Positions 38,705 through 48,254 of a stretch of DNA of 63,786 nt are shown one piece after another (position 1 is the first letter of the stretch; every line of letters begins with the position of its first letter). Made by a program: the position numbers and the translations under genes. The DNA comes from Pseudomonadota bacterium (GTDB lineage: Bacteria; Bdellovibrionota; FAC87; UBA2466): positions 1 through 63,786 of the forward strand of contig JAYUGC010000099.1 in assembly GCA_043767805.1 (NCBI GenBank), in the 5' to 3' direction. A model generated the notes under the pieces. It had not been told where the DNA came from. It saw only the letters and a program-made list of their open reading frames with translations, and did no database searches.

Positions 38705-39910
38705 TCATCGGAGGATAGACTCGAGTAGGGCCGAGCTGCTCGGCTGGAGCGCTCCGCAATTCATGATGTCCCCCGTCAGGACACAATGGCGCCGGCCGAC
38801 GTTGCCGATGAAACTGCTGCCCGGGTTCGTGTCCCAGAAAATGTCCCCATTTCCCGGCGAGCTCGCCTCCACATTGAGACTATTGCCCATGATGACGTTA
38901 CGAGGAGACTTCTGCAGGTAGATGGCGAATCCTGGCTGACCTCCGATGGTGTTGCCCGTGACTGTGTTGCCGTACGATCTCACGATTCGCAACGAGGTGC
39001 TCCCGCCGTTGGTGAAATTGTTCTCAGCGAAAGTATTGCTATTAGAGTCCACCACCTGAACGTGATCGTAGGGCGCGGATTGCGGCAGTATTCCGTGAAA
39101 CTTGCTCGCCAGCACGTGGACCTTTCGGGTTCCTTCCGTCATGCGAAGGTCGACGTAGCGATTGGCTTCCCAGCGGCAGTTAGTGAACTGAATGTTGTTG
39201 GTCGAACCGTCCTTTTGGTCGTTGTCTCTCGACGAGAGAATGACGGCAGGGGTCCGATTAACTTCGCTGCCTGAGCGAATGAAGTGAACGTCGGTCAAGA
39301 CCGAGTCCCACCAGCCGTAACCGTGAATGGCGGCGCCATCGAAGTGCGCGATGATCACCGACTCGAACTTCGCGAGCACCACGTCCGATAACCGAAAGCA
39401 ATCGGCCGAATGCCCTGGAGCAGAGAACTCACCTGAGCGAGCATCGAAAGTAATGTCGCTCACCTCGACCTGGGCGTGGTGTCTTTTATCCGCTTGACCA
39501 GGCACTGCCGCGCCCACCGCCTCGACCAAGCCGCGATTTCCGAGGGGAGCAATGAGCTTTATCGTGGTGAGCGAGCGGCTCTCGCCTTTCAAAACTAGAA
39601 GCTGACGAGGCCCTACCGTAGCGATGGTTCTGGAAACCTGATAGGTGCCTTTTGGAAAGTACACCGTCTTGCCCTGGGCTACACCGTCTGCGATGGCCTG
39701 AACGATCTTATCCGTCTGATCGGCGTCACAATCGGCGCAGATATTGTAGGGGCCCTTAGTTACGTCGATAGTCGTCGATTGAGATCCACCTGCGTGCAAG
39801 CCACGTAGAGCTTCTCGCTCTCCCTCGCCCTCGGGTGCGGCCTTGAGACCTAATTTGTTACAGCCAGAGACCAGGGCAAGAAGAGTCATCAGACCGATAA
39901 ATGGTTTCAT
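38705..39910 (-). CDS. Lipoprotein with a pectate-lyase-3-like right-handed beta-helix
   Basis: Lipobox VSGC, IDVT..D.T..I..AI..VYFPKGTY, Asn-ladder repeats. Confidence 0.8.
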   Translation of the reverse strand: MKPFIGLMTLLALVSGCNKLGLKAAPEGEGEREALRGLHAGGSQSTTIDVTKGPYNICADCDADQTDKIVQAIADGVAQGKTVYFPKGTYQVSRTIATVGPRQLLVLKGESRSLTTIKLIAPLGNRGLVEAVGAAVPGQADKRHHAQVEVSDITFDARSGEFSAPGHSADCFRLSDVVLAKFESVIIAHFDGAAIHGYGWWDSVLTDVHFIRSGSEVNRTPAVILSSRDNDQKDGSTNNIQFTNCRWEANRYVDLRMTEGTRKVHVLASKFHGILPQSAPYDHVQVVDSNSNTFAENNFTNGGSTSLRIVRSYGNTVTGNTIGGQPGFAIYLQKSPRNVIMGNSLNVEASSPGNGDIFWDTNPGSSFIGNVGRRHCVLTGDIMNCGALQPSSSALLESILR

Positions 39911-39959
39911 GGGGACCTCCAGATAAATTCAGGATAGACGATTGATCTCACAATTAAGA

Positions 39960-39980
39960 CTTACAAAAATGGCCAGAATA
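39960..39980 (-). promoter_or_regulatory. Conserved upstream motif, copy 2
   Basis: + strand CTTACAAAAATGGCCAGAATA, 50 nt from start codon 39910. Confidence 0.7.
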
Positions 39981-40100
39981 CACCTTGGCACCCCTCCTCT
40001 TTCACGCCTGGTTTCGAGGCCTTAGGTGTGCCTAACTCTTGGGTATTCCCCGGATTCGCGCCAACATTTTTGGGGCGAACGCCCCTTCTATAATGAGGAC

Positions 40101-41531
40101 ATGCCTTGGAAACGTGTCTTCGCCTGCCTAGGAAAGGCGGCTTTCGCCGCTACATTCCTTCTTACGTCCGGCTGCCTCGAACGCGGCCCGGCGGGACGAC
40201 ACGAAGCCAATGGGGAAGCCTACGGCGAAATCTCCTACCATTTGGAGCCCGACTATTCGTGCGTGAAGGACACGGGTGAACGGGTTCCTAGTTACAAGAG
40301 CGCGATTCGCACCGAAGCCAATGGCTCGGTCTATCTTTTAGGCGACGTTTGCTCAAAGGATTCGCCCCAGCTCTTGGCGACCCCCATGGTGGAGACTTCG
40401 AGCTACTATCCTGAGCTCACCGGCTTTGGAACGGACATTTACGAAAAGAACGCAACTGCTCCCTCGCCCTTGGATGAGCAGCTCTATTTCGTGGAAGCTT
40501 GGTGCCGCGTCGAAGGGGCGACCGCGCAGAACGGATTCGACATTTCGGTTCATTACAGTCTCTACGATCGCGTGCCCAGGGTTAGGTTCCGCAAGTCCGC
40601 GTCGTTCACTCCTGATATTCCCAGCAATGCTTTTAACTGGGAGCGCGGGGCGAATCGTATCGAGACCGACGAGCGAGTGCTTTACGAAATGGAAGTCGCC
40701 GGCACCACGAAGCTCGCTCTTACCGTGGAATGGAATCGTCCTATCGAGCAGCAAACTAAGTTCGAGGGAACCCTGAAAAATCTTACGACCGGAAGCTCCC
40801 ACCCCATGCGTTGCCGGGCAGTCTCCACGCTGAAAAACTTCGTTCAGCGGATGGCGAAAATCGGCGAGCTCAAAGGAATTCCCCCCGTGCCCGCGACCGG
40901 CGGAACTTTTTTCGAGTACAACCAGGCGCGGACCTGCCGAAAGGCCGATGGTAGCACTATCCGCGGTTACAGTTCGGCCATCGTGCGAGGCGAGGAAGGT
41001 CCGAAAGAAGTTCTGCCAAGCTACTGCCGTTCGACCGGCGCCGCTTCGGCCGTAGACACTTCGCAGATTGAGACCTCCTCTTACAACCCACGCTACCTCG
41101 GATATGGGCCGAAAATTTACGAGTACCGCCCGCCCTCGGCCGGAGCGGATTTTGGGTACGGCGACGTCGCTCTGATCTGGTGCCGCACTAATGGGGCTAC
41201 TGCGACCCGGGGCATGGATTTGGTGCTTCTCTTTAGACTGCGCTCTGAGGATCGAGTGTTTCGCTTTTCGTCGGACGGATACACCAAAGCCGAGCTCAGC
41301 GATCAATGGTATGTGGGGCACAGGGTGGAGAGCGGACCGATCACTCGCTCTGAAGGGCTCGTCACCATCCGAAATCTTCTCCCTTGGCGAGACATTAAGC
41401 TCGATATCTCGACCACCTCTCTCAGCGCCACGGACCGCCGCTATCCGGCCGTTCTGGAAGCGATGACCCAAAATAAGCGAAGCCGTCAGGAAATGACGTG
41501 CCGGGTTTCCACGGATATCATTGCAGAATAG
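40101..41531 (+). CDS. Lipoprotein made of two tandem Cys-containing domains
   Basis: Lipobox TSGC; repeats ETSSY.P...G.G..IYE, WCR..GATA..G.D and M.CR; start ATG 40101. Confidence 0.78.
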   Translation: MPWKRVFACLGKAAFAATFLLTSGCLERGPAGRHEANGEAYGEISYHLEPDYSCVKDTGERVPSYKSAIRTEANGSVYLLGDVCSKDSPQLLATPMVETSSYYPELTGFGTDIYEKNATAPSPLDEQLYFVEAWCRVEGATAQNGFDISVHYSLYDRVPRVRFRKSASFTPDIPSNAFNWERGANRIETDERVLYEMEVAGTTKLALTVEWNRPIEQQTKFEGTLKNLTTGSSHPMRCRAVSTLKNFVQRMAKIGELKGIPPVPATGGTFFEYNQARTCRKADGSTIRGYSSAIVRGEEGPKEVLPSYCRSTGAASAVDTSQIETSSYNPRYLGYGPKIYEYRPPSAGADFGYGDVALIWCRTNGATATRGMDLVLLFRLRSEDRVFRFSSDGYTKAELSDQWYVGHRVESGPITRSEGLVTIRNLLPWRDIKLDISTTSLSATDRRYPAVLEAMTQNKRSRQEMTCRVSTDIIAE

Positions 41532-41554
41532 AGGGCCCGTGGCTCTCTGGTCTT

Positions 41555-43021
41555 ATGACTAAGAACGCCGCCCCATTTCTTTCGGTCATTCAGCAGCTGA
41601 TCGTGGCGGGCAAGTTGCCGGCTGCCCGCGAGAAGCTGAGAGCCTGCCGTCGACTGAAGATTCCCCGCAAGCTCGCTCTCGGCTTTGCGACCGCGGCCCG
41701 GCAGGCCGGCGTTCCCGAGGTGGGGCTTCGTTTTTTGAGCGATATCGTCCATCCTCCAAAGCCCCGAAAAAGTGACGCGACCGATCAAGAAACCGCGGAG
41801 TTTGCCATGGGCCTCGTGCGCATTGGCGCCGTGGAAGAGGCGGCGGACCTCATGGCGGCGAAAAAGCGCGAGGCCACTTCCGATGTCTTGCTGGCCCGCA
41901 TATTCGTGCTGGCTCCTCAGTGGAATTATTCGGAGATAGCCTCGGTCGCCCAAGCCTATCTGAGCAAGGAGCTAACCCCCACCGCGCGAGTCATCGGGCA
42001 GTTGAACTTTGTTGCGGCACTCATTCAGGAGCGCCGGCTCGATGAGGCCGAGCCCGTACTAAAAGAGGTGCTTCGTGGGGCGGAGCAAAACCAGCTCGCC
42101 CGATTTCTTGGAAATGCTTTAGAGCTGAGCGCGCAGTGGGCGATTTTAGAGAGGCGGTGGGACGCCGCGAACGGGTTTTTAAACCGCGCTGAGGCGAGGC
42201 TTGGGGGAACCGGATCTATCGACGAGCTTTTCCTCAGGAAATGGCGGGCCGTGCTCGAGCTAAAGCGCAACCCGAGTCAGGCCGCTCGCGCTAAGGTGCT
42301 CGAAGTCAGGCGTCAAGCCGCCGCGAAACCTCACTGGGAGACCGTGAGAGACTGCGATTTTTGGCTCGGCACGATCTTAAAGGAAGAAAAATTAATCGAA
42401 CAGGTTTACTGCGGAACCCCTCTAGCAAGCTTTCGCAAATACCTGCTACGCGAAAATCCGGGCTTCGCTCCACCTGAGCGCTACTCCCGGACTTTGGGCG
42501 GTTCGAAGCCTTCGGTGGTTTTAGATTTAAATGAGGCGACCGTGGATGGCCGCGACGCGAACATGAAGCCGGGCGGCACGCTCCACAGACTTTGCTTCGC
42601 CCTGGCCATCGATTCCTACCGTCCGCGCCGGTTGCCGTCCCTCCACTACCACGTTTACCCCGGTGAGTTTTTTAATTCCGAGTCGTCTGCGCTGCGCATT
42701 CACCAGCTTTTATGGAGGCTTCGCGCTTGGGCGAAGGCGCAGCGGATCCCTCTCGATGTGCAAGAGATCGCCAACGCTTACTGGCTAACCTCTAAATCAG
42801 GACTGAAGCTCGAATATGGGTTGGATAGAGGCTGCCATGGGGAGTCCGATCGCCTCGTGCTGAAGCTTTCTCGGGAAAGCGAGCCTATGTCGGCGGTAGA
42901 AATCGGGAAGCTCCTTCACACTACACCTCGCACTACGCGGCGTTTGTTGCATGAGCTCCTCGGTAAAGGCCGGCTTACGAAAGTGGGCCGCGGGAAGAAT
43001 TCACGCTACGGGGTGGCTTAG
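41555..43021 (+). CDS. TPR-like plus winged-helix transcriptional regulator
   Basis: Helical repeats, HWETVRDCDF, OmpR-like RIHQLLWRLR segment, C-terminal wHTH with GRGKNSRY wing. Confidence 0.75.
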   Translation: MTKNAAPFLSVIQQLIVAGKLPAAREKLRACRRLKIPRKLALGFATAARQAGVPEVGLRFLSDIVHPPKPRKSDATDQETAEFAMGLVRIGAVEEAADLMAAKKREATSDVLLARIFVLAPQWNYSEIASVAQAYLSKELTPTARVIGQLNFVAALIQERRLDEAEPVLKEVLRGAEQNQLARFLGNALELSAQWAILERRWDAANGFLNRAEARLGGTGSIDELFLRKWRAVLELKRNPSQAARAKVLEVRRQAAAKPHWETVRDCDFWLGTILKEEKLIEQVYCGTPLASFRKYLLRENPGFAPPERYSRTLGGSKPSVVLDLNEATVDGRDANMKPGGTLHRLCFALAIDSYRPRRLPSLHYHVYPGEFFNSESSALRIHQLLWRLRAWAKAQRIPLDVQEIANAYWLTSKSGLKLEYGLDRGCHGESDRLVLKLSRESEPMSAVEIGKLLHTTPRTTRRLLHELLGKGRLTKVGRGKNSRYGVA

Positions 43022-43064
43022 GGTGGAAGTCGCCAACGTTCGCCTGCTGGTGAGGGCATTACAA

Positions 43065-44237
43065 TCAGACGAAGTCCGCGGTCTGAAACCCGGTGGGCGT
43101 GGCGTTGAAAAACGTATTCCCCTTGATAGAAGACTGGTGAAAGCTCGCCTTCGTCAATCCGTCACGGAACATGACCGGAGTGGCAACTTGAACGCCATTC
43201 TGAGCCCGGAACATATTCCCACTGGCTAGAATCCCGCGAAGATTAACGGGAGCGGCATTCCCGTTGCGATGAAATAATAGGAAAGGAGCGCCGCTCACCA
43301 CGCCCGGCTGAGGCGTTGTATCGTCGAGCACCGCACCGTCACTGGCATAAAAGAGATTGTTTTGAATGTGGATCGACGTCGAATCCGAGCGCACAAGGAT
43401 GGATGCTTTTGACGGGTTATCAAGATAATTGCCGATGATCATCACCATCTCGGCGAATACGCTGGGATGAGAATCGAGGCCCCCCAGAACGATGGAGTAA
43501 TTATAAAAGGGGCTGGGGTGGCGGTAAATATGATTCCCCGTGAGGTACTGGCCTCCAGCCGCAACAAAGATACCGGTCGAGCAGCCACGAATCAGGTTGT
43601 TAGCGACCAGGTTGTCGGGACGACACAAGCTGATCCCGATGGAGCCCTCTCGGGTGGACTGAATGTGGTTGTGCAGGGCGAATAATTCATGATTATTGCC
43701 CGCGGTGCTTACCACGATTGCCTGGGAAAAATTGTCGAAGGTGCAGCTCTCCACCCGAACGAAAATCCCTCCGTTGATTTGAATAGCCTCCTGATAGCCG
43801 CTCTTGGATGCGCAAACGAAGTGCAAGTTAGTGAAGTCAATCCGTTCCGAGACGACGGATTGACCGCTCGCATCCATCCGCATGCCCACCAGAACGGCGG
43901 TGGCAGCGGTCGAGAGGATTGTTCCGGAGCCGATCATGCGAAAATTCTTTTTGCCTGAAATGCGAAGCGGGCTCGTAACGAGGTATTTCCCTGGGCGGAA
44001 ATAAACACAGCCGTCGTTAAAACCGGCGGCGTTGATAGCGGCCTGGAGGCTCGGCCCGTCATCGTGAACGCCGTCACCGATCGCTCCCAGACTAGTGACG
44101 TCGATAGCGTCGGGAGTGGGAGGCGCGGCGGCGAGTGGGACGGACACCGGGCCGGCAGCGACCGCGCCCGTAGCTCCCAGCGACAAAATCCCGGTCCCAA
44201 AAAGACGGAGAAAATCAGAGCGGCTGTAATCAGCCAT
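43065..44237 (-). CDS. Exported pectate-lyase-3-like beta-helix protein
   Basis: Tat-like SRSDFL leader, IDVTSLGAIGDGVHDD..QAAINAA..VYFRPGKY, Asn-ladder repeats; start ATG 44237 or GTG 44243. Confidence 0.8.
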   Translation of the reverse strand: MADYSRSDFLRLFGTGILSLGATGAVAAGPVSVPLAAAPPTPDAIDVTSLGAIGDGVHDDGPSLQAAINAAGFNDGCVYFRPGKYLVTSPLRISGKKNFRMIGSGTILSTAATAVLVGMRMDASGQSVVSERIDFTNLHFVCASKSGYQEAIQINGGIFVRVESCTFDNFSQAIVVSTAGNNHELFALHNHIQSTREGSIGISLCRPDNLVANNLIRGCSTGIFVAAGGQYLTGNHIYRHPSPFYNYSIVLGGLDSHPSVFAEMVMIIGNYLDNPSKASILVRSDSTSIHIQNNLFYASDGAVLDDTTPQPGVVSGAPFLLFHRNGNAAPVNLRGILASGNMFRAQNGVQVATPVMFRDGLTKASFHQSSIKGNTFFNATPTGFQTADFV

Positions 44238-44380
44238 AGCCACCTCGGGACCTTTTTACCATTTTGGGCTACAGGATGGCTAGGACCAGTAGAAGCCGAC
44301 CCCAAACAAAGTCCAAGGCCCAAGAGCGCAAGAGTTTGGCGTTTCATCGATATCAAAGGGGTTACTCTCCTCAAGGAGAG

Positions 44381-47341
44381 TTAACGGGCGGGTCCCGTCT
44401 CGGGAATGTCGTAGAGCTTGCCGATGTTTTGGCGCATCGATTGGGGATACTTCTCGGGTCGTTTCAGGATGTCCTTGCGAAGCTCGTCGAGGGACGTCTT
44501 CAAAGTAGCGGTGCAGCCGTACTCTTCGAACTTGCGAAGCAGCTCGAGCGTTCTTTCACAAGTCTGGAGAGACGCTTCGATTTGCTGGGGGCTGCCGTAG
44601 TCTTTTATCTCGTCGACCTGGATCAAATTGCTCGCCGCGAGCTTAAGGAAAGTCTCCAGAGATTTCGAACCGGTAAAAATGGCTTCCCCTTCCTCGGGAG
44701 CGAGCAGCGGGTTCGCTTTGATGGTGGCGACTATATTATCGATCTCGAGCTTCGCGCCAGGAAGGGTGAGATCGGCCCGGCCGAGTTTTTCGATGCCGCG
44801 ATCCAAATTGAGCTGAATGAACTTTCCGAAGAACCCATCTTCCGCGAGGGCGCGGTGCTTGTCTTCCACCAGCGCCGGATGGGGAGCAATGGCAAAAAAG
44901 GGCATTCCGGCTCTCGGGTTTTCGAGAAGCACTTTTTTGACCGCCGTTCGCATGACGTCGGCATCCCCTTCCTCACTGAGCGCATCGAGGGCGTGGTAGA
45001 GCAGATAGAAGTAGGCATCCTCCTTCATCTTTGGGTCTTGAGCCATCGCCGATAATAGGGGCATTTTTTGATCCCCGAGAGCTGTTTTAGAACCGACCGC
45101 GAAGGAATAGAGCTGAAGTTTGCTCTCCCGGAGCGGCTCCTTGAACAGAGCGGCCATCTTTTCCGGCCCATTCTTGAGGTAGGTCATTAAAGTATCTTGA
45201 ATCGGCGTTAGGAAGTTCAGGCTGAACGTATATTTATTTTGTAGATTTCCGCTGAACCAAAGCGAGGCGATCTGGGCCATTTTCGACTCGAAAGCGGCTT
45301 TCGTTTTGAGCGCGAGCCTATCTTTGTGAAGATCCAGGTAATAGAGGAAATCGTAAGGCTTAGCGTCGTTCGCCAGATACTCATCGGGAATTTCCTCGAG
45401 AATGCGAATTTGCTCCGGGACGTCGAGAGAGGTCAGGATACCAAACAGTTTTTCGGCGTTCTGAGTCTCGGCGCTCTGGGTCGCCGTTTGGTTCAAGGGA
45501 AACTGGAAACGAACCAGCGAGGCTATGTTTGAGCTCTGCAAAATAGTTCTCAGCTTCGCGGGCACGTCGAAATTAGCCGACAGCGCCGAGCGTTTTGCGG
45601 TGTGGAGAAGATTGACAGCACGGGGAGCTTTGCCCAGATCGAACACGAATTTATACTCAGGATGCATCAGGCTGCCCCATTGCCGATTGAGCTCGCCCGC
45701 GGCCTCTTGTGCGAGCGGGCTTTTTCCTGGAAGCCGGTCGATGAGCTGGAGCATGAGCTCGCCCTCGTCGAGCTGGTGATACACGTCGAACAGCTTGCGC
45801 TGAAGATCGCCCAACGCTTTATCGGCGAGGGGCGGGCTGCAGGCCTGAAAGTGAAAGCGAAGGTGGCTTACGCATCTTTTCTTTAGTTCGCAATCGGTGA
45901 TGGCAACGCAATCCTCGGTCGGGCTTTCGCAGGTTTTGCGAACGCTCTCGTCTTTTCTCGTAAGGGCAATGAGCTCGTCCACGCTGGGCACGGGACCCGC
46001 CGCCACGGCTTTCGCCATCAGAGCCGCCGTCAGCGCGTTGACGACGGGCTGGCGAGACCCGCTTTCTTTCGACCATTGCGCGGAGGCGCTCAAGATACTC
46101 TTCACGAGCTTTAACTTTGCTTTGGGATCTTTCGGAAGGACATCGCGAGAACGAAGAATCGTGATGACTTGGCCGGCCACACCCGCGACCAGAGGCGCCG
46201 CGAAAGAGGTGCCGTTGATGGGACCGACTTGGTTCTTTCCGACGACGCAGGAATTTTTCCGAGTTTCCTGGTCATAGAAGTGCTGCGCGGACAGGAGCGA
46301 GAACACTCCCGAACCGGGCCCGTAGATGCCGCCTTCACTGGAAAAAGGAGCGTCGTCGGAGAACTCGTCGGACGCCGCCACTTTGAGAAAGGGAGCGTCG
46401 AGGGGAACCGGGGCTCGCGTGCCATTTGCTTTAATTCCGGAATTTCCGGCCGCTTTGACGACGAGGCATCCCTTTTCCGCGGCGGCCTTGTACCAAAGCT
46501 CCTTTTCCAGGACGCGGGCGCCCACTTCTTCCGACAGGTCGCCCCACGAGACATTGACGACGTCACTCGTCTGGCAGGCCTTCTCAATGGCGGCGGCCAG
46601 CAAGGCGGAAGACACCTGTCCATTCGCGTTCTGTTCCGTCACACGATACACGTCGAGAGTGACGTGATGGGTGACGCCAATTTCCTTGCCGGCAATCATC
46701 CCGGTCACCGCGGTGCCGTGGCCATCGATGTCGATGTCCTTGTCGCCCGAGGAGTCGTGGCCTTTGAACGTCTCCAGCCCCTTGCTCTCGATACCCGAGC
46801 TTTGCGTCTTGGTATCGAAGCCTGAGTCGACGACCGCCAAGCGGGCGAAGAATTTCTTGTCGCCCGTAGTGCTTTTTACGACGACCTCCGCGAGATCGGC
46901 TCCGACCTGAAGACTCGCCCACGCGGGGTTACGATCGCCGCAGCGAGGGTAAAGGCGGCACATGGGTTTGTCTTTTGCGACGGGCGCCTCGCTGCGAGGG
47001 GCCTTCTGCTTCGTCGTCGTGGAATCATCATGATCGTCGTCTTTGGCGTAAACGAGCGTATCGGGAACGACGCTCTCGACTTCGGGCTCTTTGGCCAGAG
47101 AAGCGAGTAGAGCGTCGTAGGCGGAACGGCTGGTAGTGGCACTGGGCTTGATGACGAGAAAGGTTTTTCCGCCGCCCAGCACTTTGGCGATCTTCAGCGG
47201 CACTTTCGCGAGGATGCGATTTCTTCCCGCTGGCGAGCGCAGTATGATCACTCGTTGCAGCGCGAACCCGGGCGGTACTTTATCCGCTAATGCCGGGAGG
47301 CAGGTGAACGATAGGAGAATGGCGCTGAGCAGCAGTCTCAT
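44381..47341 (-). CDS. Secreted S8 subtilase with a long alpha-helical C-terminal extension
   Basis: Signal peptide, VVDSG, HGTAV, AAGN and GTSFAAP all intact. Confidence 0.87.
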   Translation of the reverse strand: MRLLLSAILLSFTCLPALADKVPPGFALQRVIILRSPAGRNRILAKVPLKIAKVLGGGKTFLVIKPSATTSRSAYDALLASLAKEPEVESVVPDTLVYAKDDDHDDSTTTKQKAPRSEAPVAKDKPMCRLYPRCGDRNPAWASLQVGADLAEVVVKSTTGDKKFFARLAVVDSGFDTKTQSSGIESKGLETFKGHDSSGDKDIDIDGHGTAVTGMIAGKEIGVTHHVTLDVYRVTEQNANGQVSSALLAAAIEKACQTSDVVNVSWGDLSEEVGARVLEKELWYKAAAEKGCLVVKAAGNSGIKANGTRAPVPLDAPFLKVAASDEFSDDAPFSSEGGIYGPGSGVFSLLSAQHFYDQETRKNSCVVGKNQVGPINGTSFAAPLVAGVAGQVITILRSRDVLPKDPKAKLKLVKSILSASAQWSKESGSRQPVVNALTAALMAKAVAAGPVPSVDELIALTRKDESVRKTCESPTEDCVAITDCELKKRCVSHLRFHFQACSPPLADKALGDLQRKLFDVYHQLDEGELMLQLIDRLPGKSPLAQEAAGELNRQWGSLMHPEYKFVFDLGKAPRAVNLLHTAKRSALSANFDVPAKLRTILQSSNIASLVRFQFPLNQTATQSAETQNAEKLFGILTSLDVPEQIRILEEIPDEYLANDAKPYDFLYYLDLHKDRLALKTKAAFESKMAQIASLWFSGNLQNKYTFSLNFLTPIQDTLMTYLKNGPEKMAALFKEPLRESKLQLYSFAVGSKTALGDQKMPLLSAMAQDPKMKEDAYFYLLYHALDALSEEGDADVMRTAVKKVLLENPRAGMPFFAIAPHPALVEDKHRALAEDGFFGKFIQLNLDRGIEKLGRADLTLPGAKLEIDNIVATIKANPLLAPEEGEAIFTGSKSLETFLKLAASNLIQVDEIKDYGSPQQIEASLQTCERTLELLRKFEEYGCTATLKTSLDELRKDILKRPEKYPQSMRQNIGKLYDIPETGPAR

Positions 47342-47396
47342 TTAGGCGGCCCTTTCGATGGGGTTTGGCTCGCCTATTATAGACGCGATCGAGAGG

Positions 47397-48209
47397 TTAT
47401 TCCGCGATATCGGGCCGCTCGAAGGGACCCGCTATCTGCGCCAAGTCACCCGTTTCGAACCCACGCTTGAACCAGAAGGAACGTTGTTTCGACGTCCCAT
47501 GCGTGAAGGAGTCAGGGACGACGTAGCCTTGGGTTTTCTTTTGAAGCGTATCGTCTCCGACCTGATAGGCCGCGGTAAGCGCCTCTTCGAGATCGCCATC
47601 CTCGAGATAGTGAAACTTTTTCTCCGCGTGGTGGGCCCAGACGCCGGCGAGGAAATCCGCTTGTAGCTCCATGGCGACGGAGTCCGAGGCGCCGCGCCTT
47701 TTGTATCCCATCAGGCGCTGTACGTGGTGCCCCACTTCATGGGCGATGACGTAGGCGCGGGCGAAATCTCCTTTCGCGTTTAGCTTGCGATCCATGTCCT
47801 GGTAGAAGGCCAGGTCGATGAAGACGCGCGAGTCGTTCGGACAGTAGAAAGGTCCGACGGCGCTACTCGCCGTGCCGCAGGCGGATCGCACGGCGCCCGA
47901 AAAGAGCACGAGCGTCGGTTCCGGGTACTCTTTGCCCTCTCGCCTCAAAAGATCGGTCCAGACGATTTCGGTATCCCGAAAAACAACTTTAGTGAAGGCC
48001 GCAACGCTACCCTCGGCGGGATTAACCGCACGGCTTTGCGCCGGGGGATTCGGATCGGATGGGCTCGTTATCTGAGTGAGATCGACCCCGGTGAAAAGGG
48101 AGATTAGAGCAATGATGAGACCGGCGGCTCCTCCTAGAGCCAGCCGTCCTCCCCCCATGCCTCTTCGATCTTCGACGTTGCTACTCTCTGCGCGCCCAAA
48201 CCATTTCAT
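47397..48209 (-). CDS. YpfJ-like neutral zinc metallopeptidase
   Basis: SSNVEDRRG, GPFYCP, AHEVGHHVQ, ELQADFLAG, PDSFTHGTS. Confidence 0.92.
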   Translation of the reverse strand: MKWFGRAESSNVEDRRGMGGGRLALGGAAGLIIALISLFTGVDLTQITSPSDPNPPAQSRAVNPAEGSVAAFTKVVFRDTEIVWTDLLRREGKEYPEPTLVLFSGAVRSACGTASSAVGPFYCPNDSRVFIDLAFYQDMDRKLNAKGDFARAYVIAHEVGHHVQRLMGYKRRGASDSVAMELQADFLAGVWAHHAEKKFHYLEDGDLEEALTAAYQVGDDTLQKKTQGYVVPDSFTHGTSKQRSFWFKRGFETGDLAQIAGPFERPDIAE

Positions 48210-48238
48210 AGGTGCCTCCAGTTGTAGGAAAAGGGGAA

Positions 48239-48254
48239 TGCAAAACGCGGGCCC
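48239..48254 (-). promoter_or_regulatory. Putative sigma54 promoter
   Basis: Minus strand GGGCCCGCGTTTTGCA (GG-N10-GC) 30 nt upstream of the ypfJ-like gene. Confidence 0.4.

Noticed and set aside
38682..38708. Mini-ORF MKLFWPLL overlapping the conserved motif
   Set aside because: The second motif copy has no equivalent ATG, so conservation appears to be at the DNA level
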